A program made the translations under genes and the position numbers. This document shows positions 1 through 7,758 of a stretch of DNA of 64,000 bases, one piece after another. The DNA is taken from the IMG/VR virus record IMGVR_UViG_3300010278_000172; one strand, 5' to 3'. The DNA is from an uncultured virus (IMG/VR IMGVR_UViG_3300010278_000172) (taxonomy: Duplodnaviria; Heunggongvirae; Uroviricota; Caudoviricetes). The notes beneath the pieces were generated by a model, which was not told where the DNA came from, made no database searches, and saw only the letters and a list, made by a program, of their open reading frames with translations. Position 1 is the stretch's first letter. Every line of letters starts with the position of its first letter.

Positions 1-1
1 A

Positions 2-385
2 TTCCGCCAGCCATTCCCAGGCCCGGGACTTGGAATCCGAATCATCGGTGATGTGACAGCAGAGAAGGTGAGAATCGTCCAGGACGCTGACGCCATCTAT
101 CGTGAGGAGATCGCAAAGGCGGGTCTCGACAGAAGCCTTGGCCAGTATTTCGCAGCCTTGACCAACATGCGTTCCGTAGGTGTCATGGGTGACTTCAGAA
201 CCTACGATTATGCCATTGCACTTCGGGCAGTGAACACCACAGACTTCATGACAGCTGACTGTTCAGAGATACCATTTGAGGTACTTCAGAAGGTTATGAA
301 CAGGATTATCAATGAGGTGAAGGGTGTGAACAGAGTAATGTATGATCTGACCAGTAAACCACCTGGAACGATTGAGTTTGAATAA
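2..385 (+). CDS. guaA: GMP synthase, C-terminal part (host gene, begins before window)
   Basis: Frame reads [12 protein letters not shown]...[11 protein letters not shown]...[19 protein letters not shown], the conserved GuaA C-terminus. Confidence 0.97.
   Translation, partial: FRQPFPGPGLGIRIIGDVTAEKVRIVQDADAIYREEIAKAGLDRSLGQYFAALTNMRSVGVMGDFRTYDYAIALRAVNTTDFMTADCSEIPFEVLQKVMNRIINEVKGVNRVMYDLTSKPPGTIEFE
371..385 (+). repeat. attL core (last codons of guaA)
   Basis: ATTGAGTTTGAATAA; 14/15 match to 61930-61944, with GAGTTTGAATAA exact. Confidence 0.85.
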
Positions 386-395
386 CGGACATTTG

Positions 396-434
396 AGCCA
401 CGAATCCTTATTTTACTGGGATTGTGGCTCTTTT
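396..434 (+). terminator. Intrinsic terminator-like hairpin after guaA
   Basis: GAGCCAC.AATCC...GGATTGTGGCTC followed by TTTT. Confidence 0.6.
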
Positions 435-444
435 GTTTTGTTCC

Positions 445-465
445 GTGATGTTAATGTGATGTTAA
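445..465 (+). repeat. Putative integrase arm-type sites (left)
   Basis: GTGATGTTAA twice, 11 bp apart; the same TGATGTTA core is repeated 11 bp apart at 61811-61831. Confidence 0.6.
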
Positions 466-585
466 GAATGATGTGCCATTACTTTTCCTACTTCAAACGG
501 ACATTATTCTGATGATGTGCAGCTTCCTGTCAAATGCAGGGAGTAAATAGAAAGAGCCGCCCCAATCTGGAACGGCTTCTGTGAT

Positions 586-1665
586 TTAATTCTTGCGAAA
601 CTGGTTCAATCGGTCAGCCAGCTTCTGATCTTTATCCGGATAAAGATGTGAGTATGTGTCGAGAGTGGTCTTTATAGATTCGTGACCTAGCCGCTCCGCA
701 ATCTCCAATGGAGTAAAACCGAGTTCTATCAGCATGCTTGCATGAGAGTGCCGCAGGTCATGAACTCTGATCGGCTTCAGACCAACCCTTTCTGATACCC
801 TTTTCATTTCTTTTTCGAGAGCTGTCTTCTGGAAGTAAAATATCCTGTCGCCATTTCCAATACCATAGAGCTTTGAAATGTATTCCTGGATATCGTTATA
901 TAAGAAGTCCGGAATGGAAATACATCGCTTTGCTTTTGGTGTCTTCGGTTCAAGGAATAACTCCTCACCCTTGATTTTTGCATAATTCTTATTGATATCG
1001 ATTCGCTTGGATGAAAGAATGTCTGCCGGAGTGAGAGCCAAAAGCTCTCCGGAACGCATACCGGTATAAAACAATATGTCAAACGCAAGCTTCATCGATG
1101 ATTTATTGATTGCACTTGAAAACTTCTCATACTCAGCCTGTGTCCAGATGTTCATTTCATCTGCTTTGCTCTTTCCCATACTGCCGGCCGCCTTGCATGG
1201 ATTGACAGGTAGGCGGTAATGAGATACTGCGTAGTTCATTATTGCTGACAGCTGATTATTCACAGTTTTTAAATATGTTTGGGAGAATGGCTTTCCATCA
1301 TCATCCCGATAGGAGATAAGCTCATTCTGCCATTTTCTGACCTTTATTGTATCAATGTCACAAATCTTCTGTTTTCCAAAGTAGGGGAGCAGCTTCGTGT
1401 CGATAATAAACCGCTTATTCTCCATTGTCGTAGGCTTCAAGCGGTGTTCCATATCTTCAAGATAATTTGCGACGAGGGAAGAAAAGAGTATGTCGCTTGA
1501 AGTGTTCTGCTGATCCAGAAAAGACCTCTCATAATCTTTTGCTTCCCTCTGTGTTTTAAATCCTCGTTTACAGATATGCTTCTTTTCTCCAGTCCAATCG
1601 GTGTAATAAAAATTAGCATACCATAATGTTTTTCCACTTTTCAGAGTGTATTTATATGCCGGCAT
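586..1665 (-). CDS. int: Tyrosine recombinase (phage integrase)
   Basis: N-terminal arm-binding region (KRGFKTQREA), TGMRSGE, HDLRHSHA, LGH, catalytic Y in TYSHL. Confidence 0.96.
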   Translation of the reverse strand: MPAYKYTLKSGKTLWYANFYYTDWTGEKKHICKRGFKTQREAKDYERSFLDQQNTSSDILFSSLVANYLEDMEHRLKPTTMENKRFIIDTKLLPYFGKQKICDIDTIKVRKWQNELISYRDDDGKPFSQTYLKTVNNQLSAIMNYAVSHYRLPVNPCKAAGSMGKSKADEMNIWTQAEYEKFSSAINKSSMKLAFDILFYTGMRSGELLALTPADILSSKRIDINKNYAKIKGEELFLEPKTPKAKRCISIPDFLYNDIQEYISKLYGIGNGDRIFYFQKTALEKEMKRVSERVGLKPIRVHDLRHSHASMLIELGFTPLEIAERLGHESIKTTLDTYSHLYPDKDQKLADRLNQFRKN

Positions 1666-2312
1666 TAGATGTCCTCGGATGAATTAACCACACGAGCCAA
1701 TATCTGATAAATATATTCCGGCTGACGGGTTTCCAAAGGATACTGTTGATCGCCGAACTGGAAAGCAATGCCATTCTGATAAGGAGTTACAGCTGACAAT
1801 GCCGAAATCTTCTTATCGAAAGCTCCTTTGTTTGCTGAAAATACAACTCTCTTATTCGTAATAGAAAGAACTCCCTGTGTACGCTCCTGCACGTCACCAC
1901 GGATTGGAGCTGCCTTTCTCGCCCCAAGATGTACCGACATACCTTTTGCAATACGGACACTGGTGCCGCGGCTTCCTCCGGAATATCCTACAACCACATT
2001 CTTTGTTTTAACAAAAGTAGCTGGTCCACAGTAATGACACACCTCTCCGTTTGCAAGCATTACATTTGATGGCACAACTGGTAGTGGAGCATCTGCTGAA
2101 ATCTGCATTGGTCTGTTGCCCTGGATGCGTTCCCTATGAAGTGCTGCCAGCAGGTACCGGATGCAGTCAACAAACCATCCGATACAAAACAATCCGAATG
2201 TACATAGGTAAAGGATACCCATGCCAATTTTCTTTTCTCTGAATTTATGAACCCCAAGCCATCCAAACAGGAGGCAGATAACAAAATCGGTCCAAGCTGC
2301 AGTCCATACCAT
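1665..2312 (-). CDS. TM2-domain membrane protein in the lysogeny operon
   Basis: LFGWLGVHKF...GILYLCTFGLFCIGWFVD TM2 pattern; lies between repressor and int. Confidence 0.75.
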   Translation of the reverse strand: MVWTAAWTDFVICLLFGWLGVHKFREKKIGMGILYLCTFGLFCIGWFVDCIRYLLAALHRERIQGNRPMQISADAPLPVVPSNVMLANGEVCHYCGPATFVKTKNVVVGYSGGSRGTSVRIAKGMSVHLGARKAAPIRGDVQERTQGVLSITNKRVVFSANKGAFDKKISALSAVTPYQNGIAFQFGDQQYPLETRQPEYIYQILARVVNSSEDI

Positions 2313-2342
2313 AATATTCCTCCAATCGTTCTGTTATTTTTT

Positions 2343-2996
2343 TTAAGCCCCTTTTCCTTCGGTACCACTCGAAGGAAATGATTTTTTTTCTTCGTCTGCG
2401 TATTTGCCATACTCACCAGCTGCAACTGCCGAGATACCCTCTACGCACAAAACACCTGCCTTTGCTATAAGATAGTTTTTGCATTGGTCATCGCACTTGT
2501 TAAATAATTGAAGGAGCGATTCTTCGTCCGATGACAGCCTTTTTCTTCTTGAAATGTCGAGAAGATAATCTGCTGATACATCTAATGCACCGGTGATTTT
2601 TATGAGATCCTCTATTGATGGCATTCTGTTGCCATATAGATAAGCATCCTTTTCATCTTTACTAAAACCAGTACTTTGCATGAAATCATCTTCAGTCATT
2701 CCTTGCTCAGAAATTAGTTCCCGAATTCTCATTTTGAAATCGAGAGCGAATTCAGATTCGTCTATCTGAAAGTTCGCATAATCAAGTCCTCCCTGCCTGT
2801 CAACACCGAGCAAGTAATCTAATGAAACATGGAAGTAGTCACATATCTGTTTTTTGATTTGATCGTTCGGTGTGCTTTTGCCACTTTCATATAATGAAAC
2901 TGTAGATTTTACTATTCCGAACTTCTTACCAAATTCTTCCTGTGTCATTTCTGCTGACAAGCGGAGGCTTTTAATCCTATCAGATAGATTTGCCAT
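2343..2996 (-). CDS. CI-like XRE repressor with two HTH-like domains
   Basis: RIKSLR...TQEEFG...STVSLYESG...VSLDYLLG plus a second repeat ending VSADYLL; divergent from cro-like gene. Confidence 0.88.
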   Translation of the reverse strand: MANLSDRIKSLRLSAEMTQEEFGKKFGIVKSTVSLYESGKSTPNDQIKKQICDYFHVSLDYLLGVDRQGGLDYANFQIDESEFALDFKMRIRELISEQGMTEDDFMQSTGFSKDEKDAYLYGNRMPSIEDLIKITGALDVSADYLLDISRRKRLSSDEESLLQLFNKCDDQCKNYLIAKAGVLCVEGISAVAAGEYGKYADEEKKSFPSSGTEGKGA

Positions 2997-3015
2997 AATA
3001 ATCGCCTCCGTGTAA

Positions 3016-3157
3016 GTTTAATAATTTCAAACTCATTATATAACACATCCTTTCTAAATTGAAGAAATAAAAACAAAGTTGCAGAAACTTCAACAAAACG
3101 CTTGACAACAAAATAAAGTTGAAGTAATATGAACATGAAAGTTGAAGAAACATAAAC
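3016..3157. promoter_or_regulatory. Lysis/lysogeny switch: divergent promoters and 17-bp operator-like boxes
   Basis: TTGACA(3102)-17-TAATAT(3125) rightward; TATAAT on minus at 3035-3040; imperfect GTTGAAG-N3-CTTCAAC boxes at 3016, 3058, 3078, 3118, 3141 (and 3383). Confidence 0.7.
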
Positions 3158-3175
3158 ACATAAGGAGGTAAGACA

Positions 3176-3454
3176 ATGGATCTGGCACTATTGAGAGCAG
3201 AGCGAATGAAACGCGGTATAACACAGGAGAAACTTGCAAAGTGCCTCGGCTTCAAAGACAAAAGCAGTTACTGCCTGATGGAAAAAGGGAAAACCTCTAT
3301 TTCCGTAGATATAGCAAATCAAATCGCAATCCATCTCGGATTATCCAAAGAGATGACATATAAAATTTTTTTTGCAAAAGAAGTTCAAGAAACTTCAACT
3401 GATACCATTTTAACGCATGGAGGTGATGTAGAAAATGGCAAATGTGACAGCTAA
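3176..3454 (+). CDS. Cro-like XRE regulator
   Basis: LRAERMKRGITQEKLAKCLG HTH, strong RBS, divergent from repressor. Confidence 0.85.
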   Translation: MDLALLRAERMKRGITQEKLAKCLGFKDKSSYCLMEKGKTSISVDIANQIAIHLGLSKEMTYKIFFAKEVQETSTDTILTHGGDVENGKCDS

Positions 3455-3908
3455 GACAAGCTCCAACATCTTTTACAAAGCCCGTTGCGAAGCGGCAACA
3501 CACAATGAGCAGTTGAGCAGTAGAGAAGGAGCTGCAGATTACATGTCAATTGACAGAGGGAGACTTTATCGAATAGAGAGTGGCATTGCAGTTCCTTATC
3601 CAGAGGAAATAAGACTGATGGCAGATTTATACAATGCTCCGGAATTGGAAAATTATTTTTGCAGAACGATGTGTCCGCTCGGATGCGAAATGCCAAAAGC
3701 GGAGCTGGCAAATTTGGACAGAATCACAGTCAGAACGCTTTCGGTTTTCCGGAAGATAGGGAAAACAAAAGAAATGCTTCTCGACATCACCGCAGATGGT
3801 GTGATTGATGAAAGTGAAAAGCCTGAGCTTGATGAGGTAGTAAAAAACTTAGAAGAGGTAGAGGAGATTGCACAAAGCATGAGGCTTTGGATTAAGAAGA
3901 ATATGTAA
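3435..3908 (+). CDS. Phage regulatory protein (XRE/CII-like)
   Basis: HTH-like N-terminus (SREGAADYMSIDRGRLYRIESG) and ITADGVIDESE C-terminal motif common in phage early regulators. Confidence 0.6.
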   Translation: MANVTAKTSSNIFYKARCEAATHNEQLSSREGAADYMSIDRGRLYRIESGIAVPYPEEIRLMADLYNAPELENYFCRTMCPLGCEMPKAELANLDRITVRTLSVFRKIGKTKEMLLDITADGVIDESEKPELDEVVKNLEEVEEIAQSMRLWIKKNM

Positions 3909-4018
3909 GAAATAGGCTTGAATGGTCGGCAGTATCATTGGACAGAGCGAAAGCAAGGACAGTCTGGCGGTGCTATTGGCAGAGTAGAGCTTAATAATTT
4001 TTTTATTTACATTCTGCG

Positions 4019-4114
4019 GACATTTGACAGCAAGTGACAACAAATGTGTCCGTAATCCAATCCAATCCGAATCCAAATCCAAATCGGGAAACCAATACAA
4101 TATTTGCTCGGAGC
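4019..4114 (+). repeat. Non-coding copy of an internal segment of the replication initiator gene
   Basis: 45 bp identical (4036-4080 = 12030-12074), 15 bp identical (4019-4033 = 11993-12007), similar flank to 4114/12108. Confidence 0.9.
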
Positions 4115-4147
4115 TTCAAGCAGCTCCAAGCCGCAGGAGGTGACATT

Positions 4148-4579
4148 TTGTATTTAGCGGGAAACTTAAAATTCCTTCGGGAACAGATAGGGAAGACACA
4201 ACAGGAGTTGGCGAATCTCTTTGGAGTTGAACAAAAGACAATGTCTTCATGGGAATGCGGAAGTCGAACTCCGGGAATTGAAATAATTGTGGAATTAGCA
4301 AGATATCATGGAGTATCGCTTGACGATCTAGTGTTGAGAGATATGAAGCCTGCAATGCCGGTATATGTGCTCAATCTTATGTATTTGCGTAAAAAGCATG
4401 GTATGACACAACAGGACATATCTGAATTGCTAGGTTACAGAGGGAAACAAGGGTACAACGCAATTGAAACGGGAAAAGCAAAGCCGACAATAGACATCTT
4501 AGAAAAACTAGCAGATTTCTTTGGTGTAACTATGGACCAGATTGTTAAACAAGATTTATCGCAGGAGGTGAGCGAATGA
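4148..4579 (+). CDS. Tandem double-HTH XRE regulator
   Basis: Two XRE repeats (NLKFLRE...; NLMYLRK...); TTG start at 4148 chosen from the AGGAGG RBS. Confidence 0.8.
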   Translation: MYLAGNLKFLREQIGKTQQELANLFGVEQKTMSSWECGSRTPGIEIIVELARYHGVSLDDLVLRDMKPAMPVYVLNLMYLRKKHGMTQQDISELLGYRGKQGYNAIETGKAKPTIDILEKLADFFGVTMDQIVKQDLSQEVSE

Positions 4580-4800
4580 ACGCATTGGCGACAGCACCGG
4601 GTGTTATTGCGACACCGGGGAAATATTACATAGGAGCACAAGAAGTAATGGAATATCTTGACTGCAAGGAAAACAAGGCTTATGAGCTGATAAGGCAGCT
4701 TCGGGACGAGCTGGTAAAGGCAGGAAAGCTGACACCGGCATATCCAATTGGCAAAGTTCCGAGAAAGTATTTTTTTGAGAGATGCATGATTGAAGAATAG
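4576..4800 (+). CDS. Excisionase-like small DNA-binding protein
   Basis: AQEVMEYLDCKENKAYELIRQLRDEL...GKVPRKYF; similar to 62890-63072. Confidence 0.65.
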   Translation: MNALATAPGVIATPGKYYIGAQEVMEYLDCKENKAYELIRQLRDELVKAGKLTPAYPIGKVPRKYFFERCMIEE

Positions 4801-4810
4801 GAGGTGCAAG

Positions 4811-5005
4811 ATGGCATATTACAATGTTTGCCCACATTGCGGTTGCAATCTGGATCCAGGAGAGAAGTGCGATTGCGAAAGCATTAAGGCGAGAGAACAG
4901 GAGACGAGCAGGATTTTCTACAGTCAGATTTTGATGACTGATGAAAAAGGAGGTCAGATGGCATTTACGTTCGACCATCCAAAAGGAGGTGCGGTGTCAG
5001 CATGA
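4811..5005 (+). CDS. Small Cys-rich hypothetical protein
   Basis: CPHCGCNLDPGEKCDC; RBS GGAGG. Confidence 0.6.
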   Translation: MAYYNVCPHCGCNLDPGEKCDCESIKAREQETSRIFYSQILMTDEKGGQMAFTFDHPKGGAVSA

Positions 5006-5604
5006 GAAACAAATGTCTTTTTAGTTTAGGGTTGGTGTTTGTGATTTCGCTGACATCAATGGTTGCCTTTGCTTTCAGCTTTGTAGGAACTCCGGCAGAT
5101 GAGGCGGATAGCAGAGATATTATTGTTCAATCAATGATTTCTGATGAAGCGAATGCGACACCGACTGCAACATCGGTTGCAACAACTGCTCCAGAGCAGG
5201 AAACAGAGAAAGCAGAGCGGTCAAAAATCGGCAGTATGGACTGGGATTCGGATGATGCGTACCGACTGGCCAAGATAGCAATGGCTGAAGCTGAATCCGA
5301 GGACACAGAGGGAAAGGCTCTTGTAATGCTTGTGGTCCTCAATAGGGTTTGGAGTGATGAATTTCCGGACACAATCGAAGATGTTATTTTCCAGAAGGGG
5401 CAGTTTAGCCCAATCAGCAATGGAAGATATGACGAGGTAGAGCCGGACGAGGACTGCTATAGAGCATTGCAGCTTATTCAGACTGGTGGATGGGATGAAA
5501 GCCATGGAGCAACTTACTTTGAGAGCAAGAGCGATTCTACATGGCATAGTGAAAATCTTACTTTCCTGTTTAAGCATGGAAAACATTATTTTTACAAGGA
5601 GTGA
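5002..5604 (+). CDS. Secreted cell wall hydrolase (SleB/CwlJ-like Hydrolase_2)
   Basis: Signal/TM N-terminus; LAKIAMAEAESE...VVLNRV...FPDTIEDVIFQKGQFSP...GATYF...HGKHYFY. Confidence 0.85.
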   Translation: MRNKCLFSLGLVFVISLTSMVAFAFSFVGTPADEADSRDIIVQSMISDEANATPTATSVATTAPEQETEKAERSKIGSMDWDSDDAYRLAKIAMAEAESEDTEGKALVMLVVLNRVWSDEFPDTIEDVIFQKGQFSPISNGRYDEVEPDEDCYRALQLIQTGGWDESHGATYFESKSDSTWHSENLTFLFKHGKHYFYKE

Positions 5605-5610
5605 GGACAA

Positions 5611-5877
5611 ATGAGGAAGACACTGAAAAGAGATTTGATAGCGGTTATCTGGACGCTGCTTGTCACATACGCTATCGGGAAATGGGCTTTTCATCTTGCC
5701 TATATCGAGAGAGGATACGAGGCTGTCGGAGGTGAGTATTTGTTGATTCTGGCAGTTTACTGGGGAGCATGGAAGGCAATTAACTATTTATTTGATTCAT
5801 TGGAGGAATTGGAAGATGAAAGAAATTGTAGAAAAAAGAGAAGTAGAGGAACTGCTCGGATGCGAAATTACAGATGA
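5611..5877 (+). CDS. Hypothetical membrane protein
   Basis: Two hydrophobic segments around AYIERGYEAVGGE. Confidence 0.6.
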   Translation: MRKTLKRDLIAVIWTLLVTYAIGKWAFHLAYIERGYEAVGGEYLLILAVYWGAWKAINYLFDSLEELEDERNCRKKRSRGTARMRNYR

Positions 5878-6124
5878 ACAGTTCGAGGAGGCATTGAAAT
5901 ATGCCAGACATAAGCAGGAGTACATATACCAGCGTGAGCGAAGACAGGTTGTGTTACAGCATTGGTATCTTGTGAAGCTCACAGAGGAATATGTGAGAAA
6001 CCTTGCTTTTTCAAAATTCACTATGGATTTATGCAGAACATTGCGTGATATGGAAAAAGAGCACTCGATCAGAAATCAGAGTGCCCCTACGGATAACCAT
6101 ATTGTAGCAGTTCCTGCTTTATAA
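5816..6124 (+). CDS. Hypothetical protein
   Basis: ORF with RBS in early operon. Confidence 0.55.
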   Translation: MKEIVEKREVEELLGCEITDEQFEEALKYARHKQEYIYQRERRQVVLQHWYLVKLTEEYVRNLAFSKFTMDLCRTLRDMEKEHSIRNQSAPTDNHIVAVPAL

Positions 6125-6160
6125 ATCAAGCAAATATTACACAATATGGAGGTTTTATCT

Positions 6161-7318
6161 ATGAACAATTCAAATGCTTTGGCTGAAATTCAGTCCAAAT
6201 ATCCAAACTGCAATCTGCTGTTACCAGCAGCTACATCAGTGCAGATTAACCCATTTTATAAGTGCTCCGTTATGGAAGTGGTGGCGGACACAGCACCAAG
6301 CTCAGGAGATATCTTCTCGGTCGGAAAGGTAAAGACTGGAGAGGATGGAAAAGGAAAAGCCATATATGAGGATGTTTTCTCACCTGCAAAGCCACTTCTT
6401 ATGAAGCTGGCAACTGCGGCAGGAATCCAGTTCCACCCTGAGTACACGACAGTTATAAGAGAGAATACAAACACCTATGTTGGAAAGGCATACGGAGCAG
6501 TAAGACTTCCGGATGGAAGTTACAAGACGCACATGGAAACAAAGCGTATCTGCCTTGATGATGAAGAGTCGAAGTACCGCCTTGAATTTATGGACAAGTC
6601 AATTATGGGAATCCATGATTGGAGAGCTGCCAAGGCCGCCTCTGAAATGTTTAAAGGGGAGTGGAAAGATGATCCGGAGAAGATGAATCAGTGGGGCGAG
6701 CCGGAGAAATATTATGTCATTGCTGACAGTGACAGGGAAAAGTATATCGAGAGGTCAATCTTGGTGAATATGACACTTCTCAGAAAGACTGCTTCTGAAA
6801 AAGCACAGACGGGAGCAATCCTCAGAGTTATCAGAGCATTGCTTGGTATTAAGGGTACATACTCAAAGGCAGAATTGGAGAAGCCGTTTGTTGTTCCTAC
6901 AGTAACATTTGCACCAGATTACACGGATCCTAAAGTGAGAAGTGCAATGCTCCAGCAGGGGATGAATTCCATGGGGAATATGTTCGGAGCTTCATCCACA
7001 CCGCCTGCAATCTCCACTGCATTTTCTGGCGAAGCATTTTCGTCAGACTTTAATCCGGAGGATGAAATTGACAATCCTGCATTTGCTTCCGAACAGGCTG
7101 AGGATAGTGATGGGGCTGTGGAAGAGCAGGAGAGAAACTGGTTCGATCAGGACCAGCCGGCACAGGAACAGCCACAGCCGACGGTAAATGGAAATGAGAC
7201 AACGGGATATTACTGTGACGGATGCGGAGCAGAAATCAACGAGAGGGTATATGAGTATTCGCTCAATAAATTTGGAAGACCGCTGTGCATGAAGTGTCAG
7301 AAAGGAGCTGGTAAGTAA
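6161..7318 (+). CDS. Hypothetical recombination-module protein with acidic linker and C-terminal Zn finger
   Basis: Long ORF; C-terminal CDGC...CMKC; sits upstream of the SbcCD-like gene. Confidence 0.6.
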   Translation: MNNSNALAEIQSKYPNCNLLLPAATSVQINPFYKCSVMEVVADTAPSSGDIFSVGKVKTGEDGKGKAIYEDVFSPAKPLLMKLATAAGIQFHPEYTTVIRENTNTYVGKAYGAVRLPDGSYKTHMETKRICLDDEESKYRLEFMDKSIMGIHDWRAAKAASEMFKGEWKDDPEKMNQWGEPEKYYVIADSDREKYIERSILVNMTLLRKTASEKAQTGAILRVIRALLGIKGTYSKAELEKPFVVPTVTFAPDYTDPKVRSAMLQQGMNSMGNMFGASSTPPAISTAFSGEAFSSDFNPEDEIDNPAFASEQAEDSDGAVEEQERNWFDQDQPAQEQPQPTVNGNETTGYYCDGCGAEINERVYEYSLNKFGRPLCMKCQKGAGK

Positions 7319-7758
7319 TGAAACTGATTAAGATTTCAACGGACCTTGAACTGACTGTGCATGATTTTCCGACAGGAACACATTCAGAACAGAACGATTA
7401 CCTTAGAGGACTGATTGGAAATGACTGCGAGCTGTATGAGCATGTTATGCCAGAGCGATTATATACAGACTTGAAGATGAAAGACCGACCAACAAAGATA
7501 CCGGGACAGTGCGTGAGCATGCTGATTGATGAGGAGGGGCGATTAAAGCCAAACACACCAAACCTCATTGGAAGCTATCTTTATAAAACAGACGAGCATA
7601 ATCAGCCAATTGTGGGAAATGTGCTCTTTGTTGGCGAAGAATGGAGCGGTGATGGTATCGACTTCTGTGGATTGGAGGAGGAGACATTTAAGCTTCTGGA
7701 ACTCGAATTACACAATATGATTATGGCTATGAAAGCCACTATGGAGGTGTTGAAATGA
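7318..7758 (+). CDS. DUF3846-like protein
   Basis: LIDEEGRLK..PNLIGSYLY...IVGNV pattern. Confidence 0.6.
   Translation: MKLIKISTDLELTVHDFPTGTHSEQNDYLRGLIGNDCELYEHVMPERLYTDLKMKDRPTKIPGQCVSMLIDEEGRLKPNTPNLIGSYLYKTDEHNQPIVGNVLFVGEEWSGDGIDFCGLEEETFKLLELELHNMIMAMKATMEVLK

Noticed and set aside
4054..4086. AATCC-type short repeats as CRISPR or phase-variable tract
   Set aside because: No repeat-spacer structure; they are part of the duplicated initiator segment
4034..4147. N-terminal extension of the double-HTH ORF
   Set aside because: Derives from the duplicated initiator DNA; the strong RBS points to TTG at 4148
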